From a virus (Duplodnaviria; Caudoviricetes), in IMG/VR virus record IMGVR_UViG_3300008261_000064, positions 1-63,673 of that record: a DNA stretch of 63,673 bases; one strand, given 5' to 3'. Under the pieces are notes generated by a model. It was not told the DNA's origin, ran no database searches, and saw only the letters and a list, made by a program, of their open reading frames with translations. Positions 43,175-52,654 of the stretch are shown here, piece after piece. The first letter of the stretch is position 1; every line of letters begins with the position of its first letter. A program made the translations under genes and the position numbers.

Positions 43175-43433
43175 TGCAGGAAAGCACCCGTCTTATAAGG
43201 GTTGGAGTCCATCCTCTATAGCAAGGAAGAGGAAGTACGATAAAGAGTATCATCAAACAGAAGAAAGAAAAGAATATAGGGCTAAATTAAATAAGGCCAA
43301 TAGGGATGCAGGAACCTATGGCAACGGGGATGGTAAAGATATGAGCCATACAAAAAGCGGAAAGTTTAAGTTAGAGTTAAAGAGAATTAACAGAGCTAGA
43401 AACGGCAGAAACGGAAAATCAACGAAGGCTTAA
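43158..43433 (+). CDS. Small basic degenerate HNH-like protein
   Basis: 'GNGDGKDMSH...NRARN'. Confidence 0.55.
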   Translation: MARNRNAGKHPSYKGWSPSSIARKRKYDKEYHQTEERKEYRAKLNKANRDAGTYGNGDGKDMSHTKSGKFKLELKRINRARNGRNGKSTKA

Positions 43434-43451
43434 ATTGCCTATTTTCGTTGT

Positions 43452-43646
43452 ATGATTATTTCTTTTCACAAACATGAAGATGACACACAGAATCCTACGA
43501 TTCTTTATATGTGTACAACAATGACTTTTGAAAGAATGCTAGAAGAAATTGCATCAATGCAGATGGACGACTTGATTGGAGATGATGGGATTGGCCCTAT
43601 GTATAGTGATGAGCCATTTATGTTAGACCATATATATATGAACTAA
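43452..43646 (+). CDS. Small acidic hypothetical protein (last + arm gene)
   Basis: 64 aa; stop overlaps the convergent gene's stop. Confidence 0.5.
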   Translation: MIISFHKHEDDTQNPTILYMCTTMTFERMLEEIASMQMDDLIGDDGIGPMYSDEPFMLDHIYMN

Positions 43647-44674
43647 AATATATGACTTATCCTTGCTATTTGGCCTTGTGTTGGGTGATGTATAAAAGCA
43701 TCAATACCTTTAGGAGAATGTAGGTATCCATTCCTATGATGCCATGAATCTGGCCCTGAAGGACTCCTCATAGACTCAATTGTAACACCCATGTAATCTT
43801 TAGATTTCTTATGATGAATGTGATGGGTATATATGTACTTATGCTTACATTCTGACCAATCTGAACCCGTTTCGTGAGCCATTAGAAGAGGCAAGTCCCC
43901 TTCTTTAGCACCATCACCATGGGTGGTCCCAATTAGATTATTATGGTATCTAAAATATTTCCTATGTGATATAGATGTATTGAAGGTAACATGTTCACTT
44001 TTTGAGAACCACGAACTTATCGTATCTGCCAAGAAGTATCCAGACATATAGTCGTGATTAGATGGGTCGTACTGTACGTAAACATCAGCAACCTGCATAA
44101 GCATCTCAATAACAGCTATATGAAGTGATTTAGCTACTTGGAAATTCTCATGCCACATTCCTGTTGTATCCTGTGGTGTTCCACTTGTTGTTGTTCTCTT
44201 AGGAGTATCTATATGTAGTATGTCGTTACCTATAACATACATTATCTTATCTATATTAAATCCTGAACTCTTTGAAATTATTGACCTAACACCTTCTGCC
44301 ACTCTATTTACTGCTATATAAGTATTATAGTCTTCTCCTGTCTCGCTCTTTACTGATAGCTTTCCTATATGTATATCTGATGGGTCTACAACTAAAAGAT
44401 GTGGCTCATCTACTTTAGACCTATTTATATTTGGGTATACTGGCGAATGCTTAGTCATGTCTTTTACTATCTCATCCCTAACTTCTAGGTATGATATAGA
44501 AGGTGATTTGACATTAATAGAGAAGTTTTCACCTTTATACCAATAGTACTTTACGTCTTCAATTGGTATTCCTTTTTCTTCGCACTCCCTTTTTAACGCT
44601 TCGTGTCTTTGTCTTAGCTGTTTGACTACCTCGTACTCTTCCGGGGTTAATCTTGGGCGTATTTCTGACATCAA
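43643..44674 (-). CDS. Calcineurin-like metallophosphoesterase
   Basis: 'SDIHIG', 'GNDILH', 'SNHD', 'HGD', 'HHIHH'. Confidence 0.85.
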   Translation of the reverse strand: MMSEIRPRLTPEEYEVVKQLRQRHEALKRECEEKGIPIEDVKYYWYKGENFSINVKSPSISYLEVRDEIVKDMTKHSPVYPNINRSKVDEPHLLVVDPSDIHIGKLSVKSETGEDYNTYIAVNRVAEGVRSIISKSSGFNIDKIMYVIGNDILHIDTPKRTTTSGTPQDTTGMWHENFQVAKSLHIAVIEMLMQVADVYVQYDPSNHDYMSGYFLADTISSWFSKSEHVTFNTSISHRKYFRYHNNLIGTTHGDGAKEGDLPLLMAHETGSDWSECKHKYIYTHHIHHKKSKDYMGVTIESMRSPSGPDSWHHRNGYLHSPKGIDAFIHHPTQGQIARISHIF

Positions 44675-45056
44675 TTGGTTGTTTGGTTGCTAAATTACAA
44701 ACATTTTTTATATATTCTATAACTTTTTGACATTCTTTTTGGTTTTTTGGCAAAAACATCTCAGGATTCTTGCCTTCTGTATACATTTTATACTTTAACA
44801 GCTTCCATTTTAGTTTGTTGTCGTTTCTTTGAAAACCTTTTGTGTCTACGATAATATTGGTTCCGTGTGTAGTAAAATCAAAGTCCACGGTCAAAGTCAT
44901 TGCTCTAACCGTGGATTTGTTGTATTTGAAAGACGGATGAAGAGTGTATGTGTTTTGGAATGTGAATGCTATAGAGTTACTACATAGTAGTTCATAGAAG
45001 TATAACTCAAGCCTTGAGTCAAACTTTATTCCATATTTCTGAACCTTCTTAATCAC
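44559..45056 (-). CDS. PD-(D/E)xK endonuclease (DUF1064-like)
   Basis: 'GIKFDSRLE...VDF...IVDTKG'. Confidence 0.75.
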   Translation of the reverse strand: MIKKVQKYGIKFDSRLELYFYELLCSNSIAFTFQNTYTLHPSFKYNKSTVRAMTLTVDFDFTTHGTNIIVDTKGFQRNDNKLKWKLLKYKMYTEGKNPEMFLPKNQKECQKVIEYIKNVCNLATKQPIDVRNTPKINPGRVRGSQTAKTKTRSVKKGVRRKRNTN

Positions 45057-45319
45057 CTGCTAAATACTTGCTTGTGAACAGATGGGCTTATTTCATGCAA
45101 TAGGTTTAGCTTATCTGATAACTGTATTGCCATGCCCGTAGACTCATCAATTGCTGTATCTTTTTTATAGCACTCTAAGGTTAGGCTATCTACCTTTACC
45201 TGTAAGACAGAGATTGTTCTTTGGTCATCAGCAGAATTGATTAATACTGCCAATAATATTGATGTTACAACTGTTGTTATAACGGCTAAAAATCTATTCA
45301 TCGTTATTATTTTTATCAT
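45053..45319 (-). CDS. Small TM / coiled-coil protein
   Basis: N-terminal hydrophobic helix. Confidence 0.5.
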   Translation of the reverse strand: MIKIITMNRFLAVITTVVTSILLAVLINSADDQRTISVLQVKVDSLTLECYKKDTAIDESTGMAIQLSDKLNLLHEISPSVHKQVFSR

Positions 45320-45509
45320 GTAAAAACTCTTCTGCCTTTTCTATAATATAATTAGTATACTGCCAATCAGAGAATGTAGCTCCAATAAGTATAGTCCTAA
45401 AGGCCTGGAAAATTTCATCTAAACTTACATCTGAGCCTTCGAATTCTACTGATGTTGTAACTCCATAAGATTTGTAAGATAATTTTGCGGATTCGTTTTT
45501 TTGTATCAT
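45294..45509 (-). CDS. Hypothetical protein
   Basis: 71 aa, coupled overlaps with neighbours. Confidence 0.6.
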   Translation of the reverse strand: MIQKNESAKLSYKSYGVTTSVEFEGSDVSLDEIFQAFRTILIGATFSDWQYTNYIIEKAEEFLHDKNNNDE

Positions 45510-45904
45510 AACATATTCATTTCTTGTTTAGAATAAGATAAAGCACTTCTGAGTAAGTCCATTTTATAGTGAGCTTCCTTAATTAACATTTCGCAAAGTG
45601 CGTTATAAAAAGAACAGTCACCTATCTCGTAGGCTATTACTATTTTCTTTTCTGTTGCACCCATGTCTTGGTTGTTAAGGTTCATACACTTTTGAAAAGA
45701 TAGTTTTTCTGTAAGGAATTGAAACTGAGCTTTTGCCATAACTCCTTGAGCCATAACTTCTGTAAGCTCAGACATGTGGTTAACCACTTCTGCCGGGTTA
45801 GCACAATCTACCTTTTTGGCAACTACCTTTCTAAATGATTCGTGCATAGATACGCTTTTTTCAAACGCATCTTGCAACGATTTGTCCGTGAATACTTCCT
45901 TCAT
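45506..45904 (-). CDS. Hypothetical helical protein
   Basis: 132 aa, 'LRSALSYSKQE' ending. Confidence 0.6.
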   Translation of the reverse strand: MKEVFTDKSLQDAFEKSVSMHESFRKVVAKKVDCANPAEVVNHMSELTEVMAQGVMAKAQFQFLTEKLSFQKCMNLNNQDMGATEKKIVIAYEIGDCSFYNALCEMLIKEAHYKMDLLRSALSYSKQEMNML

Positions 45905-46266
45905 AATAATTGATTGATTGGTATTAAAATAATTTTAGATGTCTTATTGTCTCCTCCATCTACTACACTTCCGGCTTTATACCAAAACCTAGCCAACTCT
46001 TTAAGTCTTTCCGTAGTTATAAAGATTACAGTCTTGTTTTCTCCTATGACAAAAGCCCAATATTCAGCTTCAGTAGTTGATATTCCGCTAGGCAAACCTC
46101 TTGATGCATATTCAATAGCTACATTCCCTGTTTGATGAGCCATTCTGTCTGTTTTCACCTCAACCTTTGTTACTCCGTTGAGGAGAGATAGAACATGATT
46201 TTCTCCTTCCTCTCCGTATACAACGTCAATATCAAATGGTCTTTTTGTATTACCTACATTTTTCAT
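45901..46266 (-). CDS. PD-(D/E)xK nuclease-like protein
   Basis: 'VEVKTD...TGNVAIEY...SGISTTEAEYW'. Confidence 0.7.
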   Translation of the reverse strand: MKNVGNTKRPFDIDVVYGEEGENHVLSLLNGVTKVEVKTDRMAHQTGNVAIEYASRGLPSGISTTEAEYWAFVIGENKTVIFITTERLKELARFWYKAGSVVDGGDNKTSKIILIPINQLL

Positions 46267-46490
46267 TTTACATATCTTATGGCTACTTCTTTTTCAAGTA
46301 GTGGTGAGTATATGCGACTTCTTTTAGTAGCAGCATTTTTAATAGCCGTATACCCTATCCCCAATCTCTGTTCAGCTAGTTTAAGGGTTGAATATTTAAC
46401 AGCTTTCTTTTTTCTTTCTTCTATATCGCTTATTGAAACGTCATACACCATTACACTTACCCTTGAATCTTCAATAAACTCATATCCCAT
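46263..46490 (-). CDS. Small DNA-binding protein (NUMOD1/HTH-like)
   Basis: 'YSTLKLAEQRLGIGYTAIKNA'. Confidence 0.45.
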   Translation of the reverse strand: MGYEFIEDSRVSVMVYDVSISDIEERKKKAVKYSTLKLAEQRLGIGYTAIKNAATKRSRIYSPLLEKEVAIRYVK

Positions 46491-46491
46491 A

Positions 46492-48306
46492 TCATAATAA
46501 TTTATGTTTGACTAATACTTGTTCTCTATTAAATGGCAGATAGTCGTTATCGTCTACGAACTCAATACCATTAATCATCTTAAGGCGGATTGGAGAACCC
46601 TGCGATGTTGGCTTACCACCAGTTTCCCTATTCCTAATCTTGTCAATAGATATCTCTGTATACATCCACTCATTGGGGTCTTTAATCTTTCTGTGTAATG
46701 TCATAAAGTTATCGGCCCTATTATACAAAGCAGCACCTCCTTCTGTATCAGATGCGTGTGGCATCTTCTGATGACCTCCAGAATCTCTATCCCTTTGGGA
46801 TGCTGTTGTGGTGTGAACTGATAGAAATATTGTGGTATTGTAACGCTTTGTAAAGTTAAGCATTTCGCTGTAGGCCTCATAGTCATATATGTATTTATTT
46901 TTTGCAGCCGTAAGTTCCATCTTCAGGGAATTGTACGGGTCAATAAATACACCCTTTAGTGATTTATAAGCCATCAGTACCTTGGCGTGCTCAAGCAAGT
47001 CTTTATAAGAATACATATTGTCAGTAGACATCATAAAGAAATGCTCATCAACAAATTTAAGAGATATGTTATGCTCTCTGTCATCCATTTGATTAATCCT
47101 TTTACCTACGAAGAACTCCATAAGTTTCATCTTAACAGATGCTGACTGATTCTCTCCCGTATATACCATCCAATTCCAATCGTACTTAAGGGCAGATAAG
47201 AATAAGAACCAAAGGTTGACTGTTGTCTTACCGATATGGGAGTGTGCAAGAGATGCGTAGAACTCTCCTTCTTTGAGCCTAAAGCTTTGGTCTAGGTCGT
47301 AATACCCTAATGGAAGGCCCATAGGTATAAGTCCTGTTCTAAACTTATAGATGAAGTCATCATCCTTAGCATTGTTAGACAGGAATGATAACTCCTCCTC
47401 CATTGCACCAACTTCCCTAACAGCTTCCCTAAAGTCTTCTTCAATCTCTGATATTGGTCTAGCCATACCATGCCTTAGACCATCTTCAATAGTCTTCCTT
47501 GCAAGTTTAGGGTCATCAATATTCCTCTTGTTGACCTCATGAGATAGGATATTAAGGGCAATATCATACTCCATGCTCTTGGTAGCAACATAACCCCCTA
47601 AAAGGTTAGAAGCACGAAGAAGTATATGATGCTTCTCTCCATCAGGAGCAGACCTAATCATACGGCAGGCAATGTCTACTTTTTTGTAGTCAGTATGACC
47701 ATCACCTACATTAATCTTAGCTACCGTCTTCTCTTCTTCTATATCAATGTCATAGAATACTGATGAAGATGTGTTGATGTAGATATCTGGGTCATAGGAC
47801 ACATAAAGAACTCTGCTTACATTTTGAGCTGTTGTGTCAAGTCCTTTGTATCTCTTAATAATAGCCTTATAGTGTTGAGCGTGTTTGTTGCCATCGCCTA
47901 TCTTGATTAGGCCGTGAAGGCCATTGCCAGAGGCTGATTTCCATAGTGCATATATGAATTGGTCTTTAGATAGTGTATCTTTTACATCATCTATATTGTC
48001 AATTCCGTCTATGTCAATTGGAACAAATCCGCTATGCTTTGTTATACTCTTATCATCCCTGTAGGATATATATTCCTTTCCAGAAGAGTTCTGTTTAGTT
48101 ATTGGCTTATTAAATTCTCCACTGAAAAGAACACATGGTAGGTTTGACTTTAGTACTCTTTTATCTTCATCGTTATCGCACGTTCTAATCATCTCTACCT
48201 TATCCTTGTATCGCCCGTCCTTGATTGCTTTTATGACAGCATCAAGTGTTACAATCCTTGGATTAGATATAGATAATATATTCTCAAAAATTGTTACAGT
48301 GTTCAT
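46492..48306 (-). CDS. Primase-helicase (VirE-N/AEP-like domain + DnaB-like helicase)
   Basis: 'PIDID', 'SASGNGLH'; Walker A-like 'HSHIGKT', 'VFIDPYN', 'RADNF', 'KIRNRETG'. Confidence 0.85.
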   Translation of the reverse strand: MNTVTIFENILSISNPRIVTLDAVIKAIKDGRYKDKVEMIRTCDNDEDKRVLKSNLPCVLFSGEFNKPITKQNSSGKEYISYRDDKSITKHSGFVPIDIDGIDNIDDVKDTLSKDQFIYALWKSASGNGLHGLIKIGDGNKHAQHYKAIIKRYKGLDTTAQNVSRVLYVSYDPDIYINTSSSVFYDIDIEEEKTVAKINVGDGHTDYKKVDIACRMIRSAPDGEKHHILLRASNLLGGYVATKSMEYDIALNILSHEVNKRNIDDPKLARKTIEDGLRHGMARPISEIEEDFREAVREVGAMEEELSFLSNNAKDDDFIYKFRTGLIPMGLPLGYYDLDQSFRLKEGEFYASLAHSHIGKTTVNLWFLFLSALKYDWNWMVYTGENQSASVKMKLMEFFVGKRINQMDDREHNISLKFVDEHFFMMSTDNMYSYKDLLEHAKVLMAYKSLKGVFIDPYNSLKMELTAAKNKYIYDYEAYSEMLNFTKRYNTTIFLSVHTTTASQRDRDSGGHQKMPHASDTEGGAALYNRADNFMTLHRKIKDPNEWMYTEISIDKIRNRETGGKPTSQGSPIRLKMINGIEFVDDNDYLPFNREQVLVKHKLL

Positions 48307-48317
48307 GTTGCTAGGTT

Positions 48318-48350
48318 AAAAAACCCCACGCCATTTTATTGGCGCAGGGC
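48318..48350 (-). terminator. Intrinsic terminator between SSB-like gene and primase-helicase
   Basis: On the - strand GCCCTGCGCCA-ATAAAA-TGGCGTGGGGT-TTTTT. Confidence 0.7.
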
Positions 48351-48372
48351 TATGTATGGGGAAGTGGTCGTC

Positions 48373-48660
48373 TTAGAATGGAAGATTGTCATCCTTAAGG
48401 CCTTCTTGCATCTCTTTTGGAGTCTGCTGAGAAAGTGTCTTTGCCTTTGATGGGTCTGGTTTCCATGTGTCAAGCATGATGTAAACATTGTTCCCAAACT
48501 TATCAGGTGCCTTCCTGTCCTTGATTACGACATTACAATAACCTGCCTCATTTGCGTTTGCTTTAAGTTCCTCAATGAACTTCTCTACTTGGAACGATAC
48601 CTTTGTTCCGTACATTGTTTTCTTACCTCTAGCTGCGTTGAAATAAACTGCTTCTGACAT
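48373..48660 (-). CDS. Single-stranded DNA-binding protein-like
   Basis: Small beta-rich protein with acidic 'DDNLPF' tail. Confidence 0.65.
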   Translation of the reverse strand: MSEAVYFNAARGKKTMYGTKVSFQVEKFIEELKANANEAGYCNVVIKDRKAPDKFGNNVYIMLDTWKPDPSKAKTLSQQTPKEMQEGLKDDNLPF

Positions 48661-48713
48661 ATACTTGATTTTAAAGTTTTAAAAATTACCCCATGGCTAA
48701 GAATAGCCGGGGT

Positions 48714-48974
48714 TTAGTTGCTACTTATGGTTTGGAATTTTCTCTTGTTGGCTGTGATATGAATGTCATAACCATGCTGTTCAAGAATATCTATAACAGC
48801 TCCCATGGATACGGCTCTTGGCTTTCCATTTTTATCTTTATATTTTCCTAGGTAGTTGACAAAGAACCAATAATTGGTTTGCCTATTTGATTCGTATATA
48901 TCGTCAAGTATTGACGCTATCCTCGGATAAGCTTCGTGTAACTTATCTCTTGTTATCTGCTTTGTGTTAGACAT
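48714..48974 (-). CDS. Hypothetical protein
   Basis: 86-aa ORF within the operon. Confidence 0.55.
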   Translation of the reverse strand: MSNTKQITRDKLHEAYPRIASILDDIYESNRQTNYWFFVNYLGKYKDKNGKPRAVSMGAVIDILEQHGYDIHITANKRKFQTISSN

Positions 48975-48976
48975 AA

Positions 48977-49327
48977 CTATTTTATAACTCGTTCTATTGA
49001 CAACATTTGCCCTTCATCAAAGTCTGCCTTAAAGATGTAGAAGACATCGTATGGCTTACCGTAGAATAGGACTTCACCTGTATAGGTGCTGTCTTTTATG
49101 GTTAGGTTTTTTCTTTTTAGCTTAAACTTGAATATTTCATCTTCAGTCTCTACTAGCTCGTATTCGTAATCCATGTAGGTAAGTTTCCCGTTATTATCTA
49201 TTTCATACTCAAGAAACTCTTTGTCAAGACTCTTGGTTTGAAATTCAAGATTTGATAAATCCCTTCTTTGGAAAGCATTCACCGGGAGCAACTCTTCTTT
49301 TATTTTAATATAATCGTACCTACTCAT
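48977..49327 (-). CDS. Hypothetical phage protein
   Basis: 'EFQTKSLD...YEIDNNGKL'. Confidence 0.6.
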   Translation of the reverse strand: MSRYDYIKIKEELLPVNAFQRRDLSNLEFQTKSLDKEFLEYEIDNNGKLTYMDYEYELVETEDEIFKFKLKRKNLTIKDSTYTGEVLFYGKPYDVFYIFKADFDEGQMLSIERVIK

Positions 49328-49420
49328 TTAAGTTAGGGAGAGGATTTTAATGCCCTCCCCCATATATTAAATCACTGCATGTCATTGCGAATATACAAGC
49401 GAATCTACAAATATCCAAAT

Positions 49421-50173
49421 TTATTTTATCCAGGATGGAAGATTGATGCTTACCTGCCCATGAAACTCATAACCTGCGTCCCATGAGTTAAGTACCATAC
49501 AGGTATTAAAGCTATCTGTTAGCTTCTGTATTTCCGCCCATCCATAGTCAAGATACTCTTGTGATATGGGAGCTACAAAGAAATTGTATGGGGCTTTTGT
49601 TTCCGCTACAAGATATTGCAACTGCTTTCCAGTTGCATGGTGATATAGTGCAGCTTGAATGTAGTACATTCTGTTATGGAAGTCTTTGATGAATGTCTTA
49701 GGATTTCCGTCAGATGTTGTCTTTAATTCAAGAACATAGTTTTCAGAATATCCGTCAATGAATCCGCGGAATGGTAATCCGTTGATGATAGTCGACCATT
49801 CTTTCTCAAACTCTTTACAAGCGTGGACGATATTCTTAGCTTCTGTATTTGAGAATATTCTTACTGCAATCTCATTAGCTGTGTCTACATCTTCCCCTGT
49901 AACTACAATCTTATTTCCTGCTAATGCTACAAATGTTTCCCATGTAGCTTTACCATCCTTTGTTCTCCTATCTACATCAGGGGCAACAGCAAACAATTCA
50001 GTAAACTGTTGACTATACATAATCATGCAGTGAACAAGAGAGCCAAAGTTCATCTCTTTGCTTGGTTCTCTCTTAGCATTGAGGTATTGAATGTAATGTG
50101 ATGGAGACTTAGCAAACTCCTTCAGTGAGGAGTATGACAATGGTCGTTGGTTAAGTGTTTCTAATGTTATCAT
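49421..50173 (-). CDS. RecE/ExoVIII-like PD-(D/E)xK exonuclease
   Basis: 'LSYSSLKEFAKSP', 'FGSLVH', 'RGFIDG..VLELKTT', 'YYIQAALY'. Confidence 0.85.
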   Translation of the reverse strand: MITLETLNQRPLSYSSLKEFAKSPSHYIQYLNAKREPSKEMNFGSLVHCMIMYSQQFTELFAVAPDVDRRTKDGKATWETFVALAGNKIVVTGEDVDTANEIAVRIFSNTEAKNIVHACKEFEKEWSTIINGLPFRGFIDGYSENYVLELKTTSDGNPKTFIKDFHNRMYYIQAALYHHATGKQLQYLVAETKAPYNFFVAPISQEYLDYGWAEIQKLTDSFNTCMVLNSWDAGYEFHGQVSINLPSWIK

Positions 50174-50739
50174 ATTGATTTGAGTTTATCTGATACAGCT
50201 TTTCTAAATAATGGATTTTGTTTGATAAGGTCATCAAGAGACTTAGCATAGTATGTAATCTCTTCCTTATCAGTCATCCCGTTTATATCCTTGATTGCCT
50301 GATTGATTATATCTGACTCATAGCTGCTTAATGCAGAGTCATGCTTACCCTTGAAGACATCAATACCAATACCGATATAAGAACATATCTTGGTTATGGC
50401 ATCTGTCGTTGCTCCCTTACAAGCATCTCCTGGGTCATCGTTTACTGATGAAGCTATTGATTCGTAGTAAATCTTATGTTCGGGTATCTCAAGAATAGTC
50501 TTAAGCACAGCTGTAAACTCTATCCTTTCTCTTCCGGAGGATGTAACTCTTGTCTTTTCAATGATGCCAGGGCCCACTAGTTCTGTCTTGATTGTCCATG
50601 AACCTACACCGAATACCTCATTAAGCCTTTCTGTTACATAGATAGCTTTGATGGTAGATAGGTTCTGTTTGGTTGGGTGCTGAGTAACAGCTTCTTTTGG
50701 CAACGGCTTCTTGATTAGGTCTAATTGTTGTTTGGTCAT
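50170..50739 (-). CDS. Rad52/Sak-like single-strand annealing protein
   Basis: 'YVTERLNEVFGVGSW' and 'ACKGATTDAITK...GIG'. Confidence 0.85.
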   Translation of the reverse strand: MTKQQLDLIKKPLPKEAVTQHPTKQNLSTIKAIYVTERLNEVFGVGSWTIKTELVGPGIIEKTRVTSSGRERIEFTAVLKTILEIPEHKIYYESIASSVNDDPGDACKGATTDAITKICSYIGIGIDVFKGKHDSALSSYESDIINQAIKDINGMTDKEEITYYAKSLDDLIKQNPLFRKAVSDKLKSI

Positions 50740-50824
50740 ACGTTACATTTTATGGCTAGTATTAAAATCAGGTGTATAAAAATAGCATATACAATGATAT
50801 CTCTTATGTCTTTCCATGTGGGTA

Positions 50825-51079
50825 TCATATTCTTATTTTAGTATGTTCATTTAGCATCTTGATAAACTCATTTATATGAACGTATACCAAAAGTGATTCT
50901 CCGCTTTTCATGGATACGTGTGTGCAATCGCCATTGTTTTCATCTGATGGTCTGAATGCATAAATCTCAAAAGGATTGATGTAGGTGTAGGTGTCTTTGG
51001 TTACTTCTGCACCCGTCAATTCTTTGTGTTCAAGGTCATAAAGCTTAATCGGAACATTTAGGAATCTGTCTGTGAACAT
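50825..51079 (-). CDS. Hypothetical protein
   Basis: 84-aa ORF. Confidence 0.6.
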   Translation of the reverse strand: MFTDRFLNVPIKLYDLEHKELTGAEVTKDTYTYINPFEIYAFRPSDENNGDCTHVSMKSGESLLVYVHINEFIKMLNEHTKIRI

Positions 51080-51080
51080 G

Positions 51081-51290
51081 TTATTGTGTTTTATATGTTT
51101 TATTGTAATAGTTTCTTGCTACATTAATCTTCCAGTCTCCCGTATGGCCGTCTTCATCTAACCCATACATAACAGCCTGTTCAATCTGATGTCTTTCTTT
51201 CTCTAACAGAATCTCTTTTGATGGCATGATTAGGTTTAGGTCTCCGTACCTATCTTCAATCCATTTGAATAGTTCTTGTACTGCTGTCAT
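51081..51290 (-). CDS. Small 'TAV...EK.QIE.A...YYN.TY' family protein
   Basis: Paralogous to 51287-51493. Confidence 0.7.
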   Translation of the reverse strand: MTAVQELFKWIEDRYGDLNLIMPSKEILLEKERHQIEQAVMYGLDEDGHTGDWKINVARNYYNKTYKTQ

Positions 51291-51493
51291 TTATTATAGG
51301 TTTCGTTATAATAATCTTCTCCATTATTTATTTGACTTTCACTACCCCATTTATTATGCTTACCATAATTAAATGCTGACTCTATCTGCTCCTTCTCCAT
51401 TGCTTTTGCTTGTTCAATAAGTTCAGCATAAATTATCAATCCATTTTTAGCGAATACTGAATTAACGAACCATTCAACTGCTGTTTGTTTCAT
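51287..51493 (-). CDS. Small 'KQTAVEW...AMEKEQIE...YYNETY' family protein
   Basis: Paralogous to 51081-51290. Confidence 0.75.
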   Translation of the reverse strand: MKQTAVEWFVNSVFAKNGLIIYAELIEQAKAMEKEQIESAFNYGKHNKWGSESQINNGEDYYNETYNK

Positions 51494-51563
51494 ATACTAA
51501 CATTTTTTTTGTTATTGTGCATTTTTATGATAGCATTACCGCTGTTTGTTGTGCCATAGTTTA

Positions 51564-51767
51564 TTAATGTTTTGATGCACATTTATCACAAAAATCTATT
51601 CCTTTACTTGTATCATTACCATCCCAATAACAATGCATTGCTTTATTGCATTCTGGACATCTATAAAATGGTTCTGATTTAGTTATAGTATTCCATACTG
51701 ATTTCCAAAATGAAGGGCATTTAAATATCTTGTGAACCCACTTTTTGACTGCTGTTTGTTGTGCCAT
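51564..51767 (-). CDS. Small Zn-finger protein with MAQQTAV leader
   Basis: CPEC...CDKC. Confidence 0.65.
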   Translation of the reverse strand: MAQQTAVKKWVHKIFKCPSFWKSVWNTITKSEPFYRCPECNKAMHCYWDGNDTSKGIDFCDKCASKH

Positions 51768-51770
51768 AGT

Positions 51771-51905
51771 TTATTCTGATTTAGAAGTTAAATAACCTGT
51801 TACAAATCCATTAATCCACATCTGCTTGTCTGTCTCATCACATCCATGACATCCTTCCCACATGCTTTCAGCTAGTTGTTTGATTTCTTGTATTGTTTGT
51901 GCCAT
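51771..51905 (-). CDS. Small protein (44 aa, not in ORF track)
   Basis: MAQTIQEIKQLAESMWEGCHGCDETDKQMWINGFVTGYLTSKSE. Confidence 0.6.
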   Translation of the reverse strand: MAQTIQEIKQLAESMWEGCHGCDETDKQMWINGFVTGYLTSKSE

Positions 51906-51907
51906 AG

Positions 51908-52012
51908 TTATTTAGTTTTAACTCCTAATCCTTTACAATTTGAGCAAGTGCTTCCATCCCACATTCCTTCACCTGAACCGTTGCATAAAGTACAGGTATT
52001 GTCTTGCTCCAT
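51908..52012 (-). CDS. Stand-alone DnaJ-type zinc-finger miniprotein (34 aa)
   Basis: CTLCNGSG and CSNCKGLG (CxxCxGxG x2). Confidence 0.6.
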   Translation of the reverse strand: MEQDNTCTLCNGSGEGMWDGSTCSNCKGLGVKTK

Positions 52013-52240
52013 TATTTCATTTAATTGATTCCATATAAAATCTGCATTCTCACCCCAATAATGGTCACACTTATCGTTCTTTATTGGTGGGTCAACAAAG
52101 TAAGATTGGTAATCGCTAGGTTTTCCGGGTCTGTATCAAGATTTGACTTGATTGACTCCATTTCGTAAAGAAGGTTCTCTAGTGTGTTCATTTGATTTGA
52201 TTTGGATTGTAAAATTACAAAATAAAGATAAAAGAAAAAA

Positions 52241-52549
52241 TTATTTTTCTAAGCTTTCAAGAAAATCAACTATTGTCTGTTCAAATTTTTCTTGGTATTC
52301 TTCCGGCATATTAGATAGCATTCTAACTACACCATCGAATCTTAGGGTATCAACTGTCTTGGATACATCGGAGTGTGTCTTTAGGTCCATATTCCTCTTA
52401 ATCCAGGATAGCTTATCCTTTATAGGTCTTACTGCATCCTTAACAGCTCTTGATGTTTGCTGTTCAACCAATATATCCTCAGCATATATTAGTGCATTGC
52501 ATACGTTAACGTAAATAAGGAATAAAGATTCTCTTTGGCCTTGGTTCAT
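52241..52549 (-). CDS. Hypothetical protein
   Basis: 102-aa ORF. Confidence 0.6.
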   Translation of the reverse strand: MNQGQRESLFLIYVNVCNALIYAEDILVEQQTSRAVKDAVRPIKDKLSWIKRNMDLKTHSDVSKTVDTLRFDGVVRMLSNMPEEYQEKFEQTIVDFLESLEK

Positions 52550-52654
52550 TTACCTCTGATTAAAGTGTAAAGATACAGTGGAACAAATACAATAAAAAGT
52601 AAAAAACCGAAATATATTACTTGAAATGCCCACTTAAGTAGTCCTAATGTTGCT

